From assembly GCA_963741955.1 (NCBI GenBank), contig CAVUKB010000013.1, positions 32,001-96,000 of the forward strand: a stretch of 64,000 bases of DNA, written 5' to 3'. Under the pieces are notes generated by a model. The model was given only the letters and a program-made list of their open reading frames with translations, ran no database searches and was not told the DNA's origin. The stretch is from an uncultured Acidobacteriota bacterium. GTDB taxonomy: Bacteria; Acidobacteriota; Thermoanaerobaculia; Gp7-AA8. Below, one piece after another: positions 9,466 to 19,740 of this stretch. Position numbers and translations under genes: made by a program. Positions within the stretch are counted from its first letter, which is position 1; every line of letters starts with the position of its first letter.

Positions 9466-11130
9466 TCACGTCCCGCAGCGGCGAGCCAGTGCACGTCCTT
9501 CGTCGGCATTCGGAAGGAGAGCGTGCGCGGCGCGTGCGTGACGGCACCGGCTGTCGTGACTCCCGCTGCGGGCAAGACGGACCTGAATCCGGTAATTGCC
9601 CGGATCGATTCGGGAGGCGCGCTCGAGTGAGGCCCGGCTGTGTGGCCCTGCGTAAATACTCATTCCGATGATCTGGGCCGTACTCCTTGCGACCCCGGCA
9701 CCCGAGATGAGGATCACTGCTGCCAACGCCAGCGGCCGGAAAACACGACCGCTGCGCCGGCTTTCCACCACCGGAGGCGCTCCCGTTGCTCCGAGTGCAG
9801 TCCAGGCCAGAAGGGCGGGAGGAGCGAGAAGAAGTACCGCGTCGAAGGCTCCGGTCACCACCGCGCCGGTGAGAGTCGCGAGACAGACCATCCCGAGGAG
9901 CGCTTCCTCCATCTCTTCGGATCGTGCGATCCGGCGGAGGGCAGCAAGAGCGATCATCACCAGCGCGACCAGCAGCATTACCACCGCTGCGACTCCGCGA
10001 TCGGAGATCCAGCTGACCCAGTCGCTGCTCGGCCACGGGTTGTAGGTCGTTCCCGGTTCGGAGGAATTGAGCGAAGGATCGTGCCGGGCGGCGTACTCGG
10101 GGTAGACCACCGGCCAGTTGCCGGGGCCGACTCCGAGCAGCGGATGATGCGCCGCCATGCGGAGTGAGTGCTCGTACTGGATCAGCCGCCCGCGGCCGCT
10201 CCCTTCGTCGTAGCTGACGACCCCGCGAACGGATTCGAGGTAGGGGTCGTCACTCCGCCAGTGGAGGTCGTTCGGAAGCCGGAGGGCAGCTACCACTCCT
10301 CCACCAGCCAGAATGAGGATGCCGGCAAGGCGCAGCCAAGTTCTGCCGCGCCGGCGGAGCGCGGGAGACGTGAGCACCGCTCCGATCATAACCACGCCGG
10401 CGGCAACCGCTGCGAGCCACGCCGCTCGCGACCGCGTGAGAACGAGGGCGGCGCAGACGAGTGCGGTACCGATGGACGAAAAAAGAATGCTCCGGAATCG
10501 CGACGCGTGAAGATTCGTGAACAGGAGGAGAGGAAGGCCGAACGCCGCGATGTGCCCGATGAAGTTCCGGTTTCCGAGTGTCCCTCCCGGTGCGCGATTG
10601 AGCGAAAAGATCTGCGGCTCGAATCCGTACGCCTGCATCAAAGACGTGATCGCGGCCACGACGACCGCAAGAGCGAGAGCAGCGACGAGCGGCGCAGCGA
10701 GTCCCGCTTCGCGCAGGGATCGCGCAATCCAGTAAAGCGCGATGGACGAAGCGGTGATCGCAAGCGCGCGCAGCCCGAGCCATCGGTTCGTCGCGAAAAG
10801 CGCAGATGTGGCGCTCAACAGGAGCCATCCGCCGAGGAGGAGATCGATCTTCGTGAACGCGATCCGCATCACCGCCCGGAGCGCAAAGAGGAGCGCCACA
10901 ACTGCAGTCAGGTGAAGAATCAATTCCTTCGGTACGAAAAAGCGGTCGAGATCGAAGATCTTGTAGGGAGTCGCGAAGAGCACGACGGCAAGTGCGCCGA
11001 ATTGCACCACGCGCAGTGAAAAGCGTTCCGGCCAGCCTGCAACCGGTACGTCTGTGACAGGCGGCTCTCCTGCGCGCCCGGAACCCGGAATCCCTGCCGG
11101 AAGCTCGATGGAGTCGTGGTCGGAGCTCAC
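9466..11130 (-). CDS. O-antigen ligase (Wzy_C) family membrane protein (start uncertain, 11130-11265)
   Basis: GGTLGNRNF, LVLTRSRAAWLA and HPLLGVGPGNW motifs; polytopic hydrophobic pattern. Confidence 0.8.
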   Translation of the reverse strand: MSSDHDSIELPAGIPGSGRAGEPPVTDVPVAGWPERFSLRVVQFGALAVVLFATPYKIFDLDRFFVPKELILHLTAVVALLFALRAVMRIAFTKIDLLLGGWLLLSATSALFATNRWLGLRALAITASSIALYWIARSLREAGLAAPLVAALALAVVVAAITSLMQAYGFEPQIFSLNRAPGGTLGNRNFIGHIAAFGLPLLLFTNLHASRFRSILFSSIGTALVCAALVLTRSRAAWLAAVAAGVVMIGAVLTSPALRRRGRTWLRLAGILILAGGGVVAALRLPNDLHWRSDDPYLESVRGVVSYDEGSGRGRLIQYEHSLRMAAHHPLLGVGPGNWPVVYPEYAARHDPSLNSSEPGTTYNPWPSSDWVSWISDRGVAAVVMLLVALVMIALAALRRIARSEEMEEALLGMVCLATLTGAVVTGAFDAVLLLAPPALLAWTALGATGAPPVVESRRSGRVFRPLALAAVILISGAGVARSTAQIIGMSIYAGPHSRASLERASRIDPGNYRIQVRLARSGSHDSRCRHARAAHALLPNADEGRALARRCGT

Positions 11131-11261
11131 GCCGTTCTCTTTCTCGATCGGATCGGATTCATCCCCGCTCGTCCGGGATGCAAGAGGTGCGCTGAGCGAA
11201 GAGATCGGGATCTCGTGGAGGCGCTGACGCACCAGATGCCGGAACGCCGGGCGCCACCGTC

Positions 11262-12203
11262 TCACTCTTTCGGATCGTCATCGGGGTTGAGCGACTCGCG
11301 ATCGTCGTCCCCGGCGACGAGTTTCCTCAGGACGTTCGCCTGCTGCCGCTCCGTCACGATCTCTGGGCGTACCGGTTCGTCCCCTTCCAGGCTCGCGGCG
11401 AGATGATCGCTCCCTTTCTCCAGAGAATCGAGAAACGACTCCTCACTCGAGGGCACCATGGGAGTCTCCTCGCGAGACCGCGAGCGTGCGGAACGTCGTT
11501 CCGACTGGCTGAATTGACTGTCCCAGGCGAGGATCGTCGGCACCAGCCGTTCGTAAAGCTCACACGTCGCGCGGACGTCTTCCAGACAGTACTCCGCGAT
11601 CTCGCGATAGCGGCCGGCGCGGTACATCGTCTCGACCATGCGTCCGTCCATTCCTTCGCTCTTCGAGCTGTCGATTCCGAACGACTTGCATGCGAGATCG
11701 AGGTTGAACCTGAACTGACGCGAGTTGACCGTCCCCTTGAAGTTGAGGGCGTCGCGGAGATCGCAGTTCGGATGGAACGAGTAGCGGTAACCGATCAGAT
11801 CCCGTTTGGGGCGGACGCCGTGGATTGCGGAGCGAATCATCAGAAAAGGCCCGTCGAACTGCCTCCCGTTGAACGTGACTACGCGGTCGTCTTCGCCGAG
11901 AAACTCCCAGAACTTCTCGAGAATCGCTTTTTCCGAACCGCTGATGAAGGTTCGATCGCCATCCCGTTCAGTCACCAGCTCCTCCTGATCCGGAATCTCC
12001 ATGAACGCGCAGGAGCGATGGGTGTCGGCATTGACGATACCGATGGTGACGATCCGGCCGGTGAACGGAGAGAGCGCGCCGCGGCGTTTCTCTTCTTCCG
12101 CTTCGGCTTCACTGAGGCCCTTGATCAGGTACTCTCGGACGTAAGTGTCGTGCTCTTCCCACGGAGTCCCGACGGTCTCGATGTCGATGACGAGGCGTTT
12201 CAT
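11262..12203 (-). CDS. PolB-like 3'-5' exonuclease (RNase H-like, DEDDy)
   Basis: ExoI VIDIET, ExoII TFNGRQFDGPFL, ExoIII YCLEDV; disordered C-terminal tail. Confidence 0.85.
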   Translation of the reverse strand: MKRLVIDIETVGTPWEEHDTYVREYLIKGLSEAEAEEEKRRGALSPFTGRIVTIGIVNADTHRSCAFMEIPDQEELVTERDGDRTFISGSEKAILEKFWEFLGEDDRVVTFNGRQFDGPFLMIRSAIHGVRPKRDLIGYRYSFHPNCDLRDALNFKGTVNSRQFRFNLDLACKSFGIDSSKSEGMDGRMVETMYRAGRYREIAEYCLEDVRATCELYERLVPTILAWDSQFSQSERRSARSRSREETPMVPSSEESFLDSLEKGSDHLAASLEGDEPVRPEIVTERQQANVLRKLVAGDDDRESLNPDDDPKE

Positions 12204-12250
12204 GATCGGTGAGAACTCATTTTACCGCGGATTATTCGCCGCTTCGCTCC

Positions 12251-12284
12251 GGAAAAGGAAAAGCCCCGTCGGGTGACGGGGCTT
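12251..12284 (-). terminator. Intrinsic terminator of mdh
   Basis: Minus strand AAGCCCCGTC-accc-GACGGGGCTT followed by TTCCTTTT. Confidence 0.8.
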
Positions 12285-12309
12285 CCATTCAGTCGTGAAC
12301 GGGCTGCGA

Positions 12310-13245
12310 TCAGACTGCAGCGCCGGTCTTCAGTTTCTCGAAGAGCTCCCGCACTGCGGCCGCAGACTTGTCGAGAGCGGCCTTCTCGTCGGCGGTGAGC
12401 TTGATCTCGATGACCTGCTCCATCCCGTCGCGACCGAGCTTGACCGGTACGCCGACGTAGAGGTCCTTCAGCCCGTATTCTCCGGTGAGATACGCGGCAC
12501 ACGGAAGGATCTTCTTCTTGTCTTTGAGGATCGCCTCGACCATCTCCGCTGCAGCGGACGAGGGAGCGTACCAGGCGGACGTCTTCAGCAGATTCACGAT
12601 CTCCGCCCCGCCGCTGCGGGTCCGATCGACGATCGCGTCGATCCGTTCCTTCGAGATGAGCTCCGTGATCGGGACACCCGCGACCGTCGAATAGCGCGGC
12701 AGAGGCACCATCGTGTCTCCGTGTCCTCCGAGCACGAACGCGTGGGTGTTCTCGACCGACACGTTCAATTCCATCGCGATGAACGCACGCATGCGCGCCG
12801 AGTCGAGGACTCCGGCCATGCCGATCACGCGCTCGCGGGGGAAGCCCGAAACACGCCGCGCCACTTCGCACATCGCGTCCAGCGGGTTCGAGACGATGAT
12901 CAGAATTGCCTTGGGGCTTCGCTTCGCGACCTGCTCGGTCACCGAGGCGACGATCTCTTCGTTCTTCCAGAGAAGGTCGTCACGACTCATTCCGGGTTTT
13001 CTCGGGAGCCCCGCCGTGATCACGATGATGTCCGATCCCGCCGTCTCGTCGTAGGTGTTCGTGCCGATCATGTGCGCGTCGAATTTCTCGACCGGCGCGG
13101 CTTCGAGCATGTCGAGCGTCTTTCCCTGCGGGACGCCTTCGACGATGTCGACCAGTACGACGTCTGCAAGTTCTTTTTCTGCGATCCGCTGACCGAGCGT
13201 GGCCCCGACGTTGCCCGCTCCGACTACGGTAACTTTCGTTTTCAT
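12310..13245 (-). CDS. mdh: Malate dehydrogenase (LDH-like)
   Basis: [47 protein letters not shown]; GGAGG RBS. Confidence 0.96.
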   Translation of the reverse strand: MKTKVTVVGAGNVGATLGQRIAEKELADVVLVDIVEGVPQGKTLDMLEAAPVEKFDAHMIGTNTYDETAGSDIIVITAGLPRKPGMSRDDLLWKNEEIVASVTEQVAKRSPKAILIIVSNPLDAMCEVARRVSGFPRERVIGMAGVLDSARMRAFIAMELNVSVENTHAFVLGGHGDTMVPLPRYSTVAGVPITELISKERIDAIVDRTRSGGAEIVNLLKTSAWYAPSSAAAEMVEAILKDKKKILPCAAYLTGEYGLKDLYVGVPVKLGRDGMEQVIEIKLTADEKAALDKSAAAVRELFEKLKTGAAV

Positions 13246-13441
13246 GTCGTCCTCCAGCTATCGGGAGAGTAGCGGGGCGATTCTATCGCAGAGGGACTCG
13301 TTTTCAACCGCCCCGGCGATGGAGATCTCGAGCTCGTCTCCTTCGTTCCTGATGATTTTTTCAGCAGTCACTCGATGCACCGCTCCCCCGCCGCTCGAGC
13401 TCAGCTGGCACCCGGTTCGCTCGTACCGGGTCGGATTCTTC

Positions 13442-13786
13442 ATGTTCAGAGAGTTCACGGAAACCGCCCGCCAGGTGGCATCGACCCGACGCCGCTCGGT
13501 GAAGGAGCAGCTTCTCGCCGAGTATCTCGCCGCGCTCCACGATCCCTCTCTCGAGCGCGCCGCAGTATTCCTGCGCTACGGTCCACTCCGGCTGGTCGAG
13601 CCGGACGTGGTGGTCGAGATCGCATTCGACCGGATCCAGGAGTCGAAGCGGCACAAATCGGGTTACGCCCTCCGCTTTCCCCGCATCGTACGGAAGAGGG
13701 ACGACAAGAGCGTGGAACAGATCTCGACGCTCGATGAAGTGCGGACCATCTACGAAGGACAACTGGAACGGGAGAAAGGGAGATAA
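13442..13786 (+). pseudogene. ATP-dependent DNA ligase remnant with large in-frame internal deletion
   Basis: 114 aa: ligase-like N-terminus (MFREFTETARQVASTRRRSVKEQLLAEYL...AAVFL) joined directly to the OB-domain end (VEPDVVVEIAFDRIQESKRHKSGYALRFPRIVRKRDDK); no KxDG adenylation motif. Confidence 0.75.
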
Positions 13787-13837
13787 AGGGTGGCCGATTT
13801 CCCCTCTGCCGGGAGTTCCTTTAAGATTCTCGGCCGC

Positions 13838-14959
13838 ATGCCAGGGCACGTCAGAGTGGGCGACTCATTCATCGCCCGCCCTCCGGAGCGACTGACTCTC
13901 GAGGAAGGGTTCGAGTTCGACGACGGGGGGAAGATCGCTCCCTTCGAGATCGTCTACGAGACGTACGGCGAGCTCAATCAGGACCGCTCGAACGCGATTC
14001 TCGTCTGCCACGCGCTCTCACCGAGTGCTCACGCTGCCGGCAAGTACCGGCCGGAGGAAGACCGGGCCGGCTGGTGGGACGGGCTGATCGGCTACGGAAA
14101 AGGAATCGATCTCGATCGTTTCTTCGTGGTCTGCGTCAACTTTCCGGGCTCGTGTCTCGGCACGACCGGACCGAACAGCGTCAATCCGGCGACCGGCAGG
14201 CCGTACGGCTCGGCCTACCCCTGGGTCACGATCGAAGACATGGTCCGGGCCGAGAAGATCGTGGTCGACCATCTCGGCATCGATCGCCTGGCGGCGGTGG
14301 CGGGAGGCTCGCTCGGTGGGATGCAGGCACTCCTCTGGTGTGTGCTCTACCCCGGATACGTCGGGAGTCTGGTCGCGATGGCAGCCGCGGCCGCGGTCCC
14401 GGTGGAAGGTCTGGCGTGGCACCACATCGGGCGAAAGGTCATCGAGAACGATCCGGACTTTCACGACGGTGATTACTACGACGTGCACCATCCTCTGCGG
14501 GGACTCCAGATCGCGAGGATGGTCGGACACATGACCTATCTCTCCACTGAAGGTCTGGAGCGTAAGTTCGGACGGCGGCGGAAGCGAGGGTCGCGGCAGT
14601 TCGAGGTCGACTCGTACCTCGAATACCAGGGCCGGAAGTTCTCGATGAACTACGACGCGAATTCGTACATCCGGATTCAGGCCGCGATGGACGAGATGGA
14701 CCTGGAGGAACAGTACGGAACGCTCGAGTCGGCGCTATGGAACTTCCGCTCGCGAGCGCTGCTGATGTCGTTCACCACCGACTGGCTCTTCCCGACGGCA
14801 GAGATGGCGAAAGTGCATCGGGCTCTCCGCGAGATCGGCGCCGATTCGAAACTGGTCGAGATCGAGTCGCCGAATGGACACGACGCATTCCTCGTCGACT
14901 ACGATCTGATCACGCCGGACGTTTCGGAGTTTCTCGCCGCAATCTCGTCCGCAGTCTGA
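13838..14959 (+). CDS. metX: Homoserine O-acetyltransferase
   Basis: YETYGELN, NAILVCHALS, GWWDGLIG, GGSLGGMQAL nucleophile elbow, DWLFP, GHDAFL. Confidence 0.92.
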   Translation: MPGHVRVGDSFIARPPERLTLEEGFEFDDGGKIAPFEIVYETYGELNQDRSNAILVCHALSPSAHAAGKYRPEEDRAGWWDGLIGYGKGIDLDRFFVVCVNFPGSCLGTTGPNSVNPATGRPYGSAYPWVTIEDMVRAEKIVVDHLGIDRLAAVAGGSLGGMQALLWCVLYPGYVGSLVAMAAAAAVPVEGLAWHHIGRKVIENDPDFHDGDYYDVHHPLRGLQIARMVGHMTYLSTEGLERKFGRRRKRGSRQFEVDSYLEYQGRKFSMNYDANSYIRIQAAMDEMDLEEQYGTLESALWNFRSRALLMSFTTDWLFPTAEMAKVHRALREIGADSKLVEIESPNGHDAFLVDYDLITPDVSEFLAAISSAV

Positions 14960-14997
14960 ATCGACGGGTCGATGGCACGACCTCCACTCCGGGGACG

Positions 14998-17424
14998 CTA
15001 CTCGGCCGCTGAGGTTTCGCCGTTGATCGGCGCACGGTAGTCGCAATCCTCGGTGTTGCAGTACTCGATGCGTCCTTCGCGCTTGGTCTCCTTCTCCAGC
15101 AGGTACGGTGCCGCGCACTGGGGACAGGGACGTGGGACCGGCTTGTGGGAGAGTGCGAACTTGCATTTCGGGTAACGGGAGCAGGAGTAGAAAATCCCGC
15201 GCCTCGAGCTGCGCTCCACCATCTCGCCTTCACCGCACTCGGGACATTTCACTCCCGTCGGCTCGGCCGGTTTGCGACCGTTCGCGCCGATCTTCCGGAT
15301 GTTCTGACAGTCCGGATAGCCGGAGCAACTGTAGAAGGGGCCGTATCGCCCGCTCTTGAGGACCATCTCTTTGCCGCACTTCTCGCACGGCGGCTGCGGC
15401 TCGTCGGTGATCCCGGCTTTCAGAATTCGCGGGTCCTTGGTGTTGCGGCACTCGGGATATCCGGTACATGCCCAGAACTGTCCGAAGCGGGAGCGCTTCA
15501 GAGTCATCGGCTTGCCGCACTTGTCGCAGGTGATCGCCTCTTCCGGCTGCGCGGCCTGAGTGGAGAGTTTTGCGATCTCCTTCGTGAACTTGCAGTCGGG
15601 ATAGTTCGTGCACGCGAGAAACTCGCCGAAGCGTCCGAACTTGATGGCCATCGGCGCGCCACACTTCTCGCAGACTTCTTCGGTCTTGATCCCTTCGCCC
15701 TTGACCTGTTGCATCTCGTCACGGGCTTTCTCGAGGTCCCGATTGAACTCCTTCGAGAATCGGGTCAACGCCTTCTTCCAGTCCATCTTTCCTTCTTCGA
15801 TCTCGTCGAGCTCTTCTTCGAGCTTCGCGGTGTAGCCCGCGTCGATGATGTCGGCGAAGGAGTGGGTCAGAAGTCTGGTGACGAGGATCCCGAGCTCGGT
15901 AGGAACGAATTTGCCCTCGTCTTTGTAGGTGTAGTCGCGACTCTGGATGGTCTGCAGAATCGCACCGTACGTGGAGGGGCGGCCGATTCCGTTCTCCTCC
16001 AGAGCCTTGACCAGAGTCGCTTCCGTGAACCGCGGCGGTGGCTGAGTGAAGTTCTGCTTCGTGTCGATCGGCGGGAGCAGTTCGAGCACGTCGCCTTCGG
16101 ACATCCGCGGCAGTGCCTTGCCATTGTCTTCTTCAGGTACTTCGTCCGTAGTATCCGGTGTCGAGGCAAAGACGGCGAGAAACCCGGCGAACTTCATCAC
16201 CTCGCCGGAGGCCTTCAGGGTCACGTCTCCATTTCTGATCTCGACGTCGGTCACATCGAACAGGGCAGGCTTCATCTGTGATGCGACGAAGCGCTCGAAG
16301 ATCAGCTTGTAGAGGTTGTACTCGTCCTTCGAAAGGTACTGCTTGACTGCTTCCGGCTCGAACTCGAGGGTGGTGGGCCGGATCGCCTCGTGCGCTTCCT
16401 GGGCCGATTTCTTGGACTTGTATACGTTCGGCTTCTCCGGGAGGATGTCGCTCCCGTATTTCTTTCCGATGTACTCCCGAACCTCGGTCAGAGCCTCGTC
16501 CGAGACGCGCGTCGAATCGGTACGCATGTACGTGATCAGACCGACCTGTCCCGCATCGCCGAGCTCCTTCCCTTCATAGAGACCCTGGGCGATCGACATC
16601 GTGCGGCGGACCGGGTACTTGAATCTCCGGTAGGCCTCCTGCTGCAGCTTCGAGGTGATGAACGGCGCGGGCGGACTCTGCTTCCGCTCCTTCCGGTTGA
16701 TCTTGTCGATGACGAAGGAGCCGGAACGGATGGCCGATTCGATCGCGCGGGCGGTTTTCTCGTCCGGGATCTCGGCCTTCTTCCCCTTCAGCTTCGTGAC
16801 CTTCGCGATGAACGGAGGCGGATCGCTGGCCTGGAGTCGTGCGGCGATGGTCCAGTACTCCACGGGGAGGAAGGCACGGATCTCTTCCTCGCGGTCGACG
16901 ATCATCTTCAGGGCGACGGACTGGACGCGACCGGCCGAGAGTCCCCGGCGGACCTTGTCCCAGAGGAGTGGTGAGAGCTTGTAGCCGACCAGACGGTCCA
17001 GAATGCGGCGCGCCTGCTGCGCATTCACCTTGTCCATGTCGATCTCGCCCGGCGACTCGAGAGCCTTCCGCACCGCGTTCTTCGTGATCTCGTGGAAGAG
17101 AATCCGCCGGACCTTGGGCGTCGCATCCTTCCCGAGGATGTTCATCACGTGCCAGCCGATGGCTTCCCCTTCGCGATCAGGATCGGACGCGATGTAGATC
17201 ACTTCCGCCGTCTTCGCTGCCTTCTTCAGCTCCGCGACGACCTTTTCTTTCCCCTCGAGGATCTCGTATTTCGGCTCCCAGCTCGTCTCGTCGACGCCCA
17301 GATCGCTCTTCGGAAGATCACGAACGTGACCGACGGATGCCTTGACGGTGTAGTCCTTCCCGACGAATTTGTTGATTGTCTTCGCCTTGGCGGGGGACTC
17401 CACGATGACCAGATTCTTTGCCAC
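14998..17424 (-). CDS. topA: DNA topoisomerase I
   Basis: LVIVESPAKAKTI, ASDPDREGEAI, SAGRVQS, ITYMRTDS catalytic Tyr, multiple C-terminal C4 zinc ribbons; GTG start with AAGGAG RBS. Confidence 0.97.
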   Translation of the reverse strand: MAKNLVIVESPAKAKTINKFVGKDYTVKASVGHVRDLPKSDLGVDETSWEPKYEILEGKEKVVAELKKAAKTAEVIYIASDPDREGEAIGWHVMNILGKDATPKVRRILFHEITKNAVRKALESPGEIDMDKVNAQQARRILDRLVGYKLSPLLWDKVRRGLSAGRVQSVALKMIVDREEEIRAFLPVEYWTIAARLQASDPPPFIAKVTKLKGKKAEIPDEKTARAIESAIRSGSFVIDKINRKERKQSPPAPFITSKLQQEAYRRFKYPVRRTMSIAQGLYEGKELGDAGQVGLITYMRTDSTRVSDEALTEVREYIGKKYGSDILPEKPNVYKSKKSAQEAHEAIRPTTLEFEPEAVKQYLSKDEYNLYKLIFERFVASQMKPALFDVTDVEIRNGDVTLKASGEVMKFAGFLAVFASTPDTTDEVPEEDNGKALPRMSEGDVLELLPPIDTKQNFTQPPPRFTEATLVKALEENGIGRPSTYGAILQTIQSRDYTYKDEGKFVPTELGILVTRLLTHSFADIIDAGYTAKLEEELDEIEEGKMDWKKALTRFSKEFNRDLEKARDEMQQVKGEGIKTEEVCEKCGAPMAIKFGRFGEFLACTNYPDCKFTKEIAKLSTQAAQPEEAITCDKCGKPMTLKRSRFGQFWACTGYPECRNTKDPRILKAGITDEPQPPCEKCGKEMVLKSGRYGPFYSCSGYPDCQNIRKIGANGRKPAEPTGVKCPECGEGEMVERSSRRGIFYSCSRYPKCKFALSHKPVPRPCPQCAAPYLLEKETKREGRIEYCNTEDCDYRAPINGETSAAE

Positions 17425-17585
17425 GAATGCTCCTTGTCGTTACGAAACGGACGGAAACCGCCCGGACCCGGCAATATTCCGACGGGCCGGAGACGGACAG
17501 GTGGCGCACGCGACCCTTCCGGTACGCGAATGCCGCGCTGGATGACCGTGATTCCGACCCTCAGAAACGAGAACGGAGGGACGGA

Positions 17586-18962
17586 TCAGACGCGTTCCGT
17601 CTTCTCGCTTTCGTACTTCCGTGTCTTGTTGGAAAGGGTCTTGGTGGAGATACCCAGGATCTCGGCCGCTTTTTTCCGGTCGCCTTCCGTCATGGCGAGC
17701 GTCTCTTCGATCACCCTCTTCTCGACTTCCTCGATCGGGAGCCCGAGCTCGATCGTGATCGACTGAGAGCTCTTCTTCTCCGCTGAGGCGACGCCGCGCT
17801 TCACTTTTTCAGGGAGTGTCTCGACTGTGAGGGTATCTCCGCGCGCCATGATGAATGCACGGTTGATCACGTTCCGAAGCTCACGAACATTCCCCGGCCA
17901 CTCGTACTGAGTGAGTACATCGATGAATTCCGGGGCGATCTTCTCGACCGTCTTCTCTTCCGACTCGTTCAGCTTCTCGAGGAAGAAGAAGGCGAAGAGC
18001 GGAATGTCTTCCGTCCGGTGGCGGAGGGGAGGGACCTCGATCGGGAAGACGTTCAGACGATAGTAGAGATCTTCCCGCATCTTCCCGTCCTCGATGGCTT
18101 TGATCGGATCGCGGTTCGACGCGGCAATGATCCGTGCATCGATGGGAATCTCTTCGTTTCCACCGACACGCCGGAACTTCTGTTCTTCGAGAACCCGGAG
18201 GAGCTTGACCTGCAGGTCGAGCGGCATCTCGGTGATCTCGTCGAGAAAGACCGTTCCACCCTTGGCCATTTCGAAATAGCCCTCCCGACGTTTGATGGCG
18301 TTGGTGAAGGCTCCCTTCTCATGACCGAAGATCTCGGATTCGATCAGGGTCGGTGAGATCGCGCCGCAGTTGAAGGCGATGAATGGTTTGTTTCGGCGGC
18401 GCGAGAGGTGATGGATGGTGTTGGCGACCACCTCTTTTCCCGCTCCCGATTCGCCCACGATGAAAACATTCGCATCGGTGTTGGCGACCATCTCGATCTC
18501 TTCGAAGAGTCTCTGCATCTCCTTCGATTTGCCTACCAGGTGACCGAGGGCTCCCATCTTCTGCAGCTGGCGGCGGAGCTCGAGGATCTCCTGCTTCATC
18601 ATCTGCTTGTCTTCGAGCGACTTGAGAATCACCTGGAGGCGCGGGAGGTCGACCGGCTTGGTGACGTAATCTTCGGCCCCGACCTTGAGAGCCTTGACCG
18701 CGGAGTCGACGGTCGCATGGCCGGTGAGGATGATCACCGAGACGTCGGGGTAGGTTTCTTTGAATCGATTCAGCAGGTCGAGCCCGGACCCGTCCGGGAG
18801 ACGGAGATCCACGATCGCGACATCCGGAACGGACTTGGTGGCAGCGGACCATGCGGCCTTGACGGAATCAGCCACGACGGATTCGTATCCCCACTCCTCG
18901 ACCACGTCGGCCATCCCGGCGCTCGTGGTCGCGTCATCGTCTACTATCAGGATTTTCTTCAT
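17586..18962 (-). CDS. Sigma54-dependent response regulator (NtrC/AtoC family)
   Basis: Receiver (VDDD, DLRLPD, K), GESGAGKE Walker A, GAFTNA, FLDEI, REDLYYRLNV, WPGNVREL, Fis-type HTH. Confidence 0.93.
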   Translation of the reverse strand: MKKILIVDDDATTSAGMADVVEEWGYESVVADSVKAAWSAATKSVPDVAIVDLRLPDGSGLDLLNRFKETYPDVSVIILTGHATVDSAVKALKVGAEDYVTKPVDLPRLQVILKSLEDKQMMKQEILELRRQLQKMGALGHLVGKSKEMQRLFEEIEMVANTDANVFIVGESGAGKEVVANTIHHLSRRRNKPFIAFNCGAISPTLIESEIFGHEKGAFTNAIKRREGYFEMAKGGTVFLDEITEMPLDLQVKLLRVLEEQKFRRVGGNEEIPIDARIIAASNRDPIKAIEDGKMREDLYYRLNVFPIEVPPLRHRTEDIPLFAFFFLEKLNESEEKTVEKIAPEFIDVLTQYEWPGNVRELRNVINRAFIMARGDTLTVETLPEKVKRGVASAEKKSSQSITIELGLPIEEVEKRVIEETLAMTEGDRKKAAEILGISTKTLSNKTRKYESEKTERV

Positions 18963-19645
18963 CAGTCTCCTGTCATCGGGAGGACCAGATCCAGAACGAG
19001 GGTATCCCCATGCTCGGCGACGGTCAAAGCACCGGCATAGGTCTCGGCGATGATCCTTGCGGCTGCGAATCCGACATCTGGGGTTCCGGAGAGGTCACTG
19101 TAGTAGAACTTGAACAGTTTCGACGGTTCAAAATTCGGACCAGGCCGGTTTCCCTCCAGGCTCAGCCGGACCGACCCCTCAGCGGTGCAACCAATCCGGG
19201 CCCGCAGGCTCTTCCCGAAAAGCTTCCGAGCGCTCCGGACGAGAATCTCGAGCAGATCGCGGATCCTTTCCTCGTGTGCCGTGATCCGTGCAGCGGCGGC
19301 CTCATCCCCGGCAGTCGCCGGCACCCCGGCACGGGTCAGAACCTCCTCTGCAAGAGGAGCGAAGTCGAGAAGGGAGGGCTGCTCCCCTTTGCCGGGTGGT
19401 ACGGTAAAGACGAAGAACGCATCGAAGATGCGTCCCATCCGGCGAAGCTCGCTCTCGACGGAAGCGGCGTATTCGCGCACCTTCGGATCGTCGGAAGAGA
19501 CGATCTTTTCGACGCGCATCCGGAGCAGCTCGAGGTTCAGTACAGCGATGTTCAGCGGCGTCTTCAGGTCATGCGCAATGTCGGCACTTCTGTCGAACGC
19601 GGTTCGCGCGAAGTTCTCCAGCCACGGATTCATCGGATCGTCCAT
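18962..19645 (-). CDS. Sensor-less histidine kinase-like protein with degenerate ATPase domain
   Basis: H-box IAHDLKTPLN near the N-terminus; N/G1/G2 boxes degenerate; TGATG overlap with the response regulator start. Confidence 0.7.
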   Translation of the reverse strand: MDDPMNPWLENFARTAFDRSADIAHDLKTPLNIAVLNLELLRMRVEKIVSSDDPKVREYAASVESELRRMGRIFDAFFVFTVPPGKGEQPSLLDFAPLAEEVLTRAGVPATAGDEAAAARITAHEERIRDLLEILVRSARKLFGKSLRARIGCTAEGSVRLSLEGNRPGPNFEPSKLFKFYYSDLSGTPDVGFAAARIIAETYAGALTVAEHGDTLVLDLVLPMTGD

Positions 19646-19740
19646 TCGGCCTCGGGAGCAAAACGGCTTCCCCCCCGGGGGAGGAAGCCGCGAACCGGAT
19701 CTGCTGCGAAAGGTGCTCCGCCGGTCAGAGACCGGCCGGC

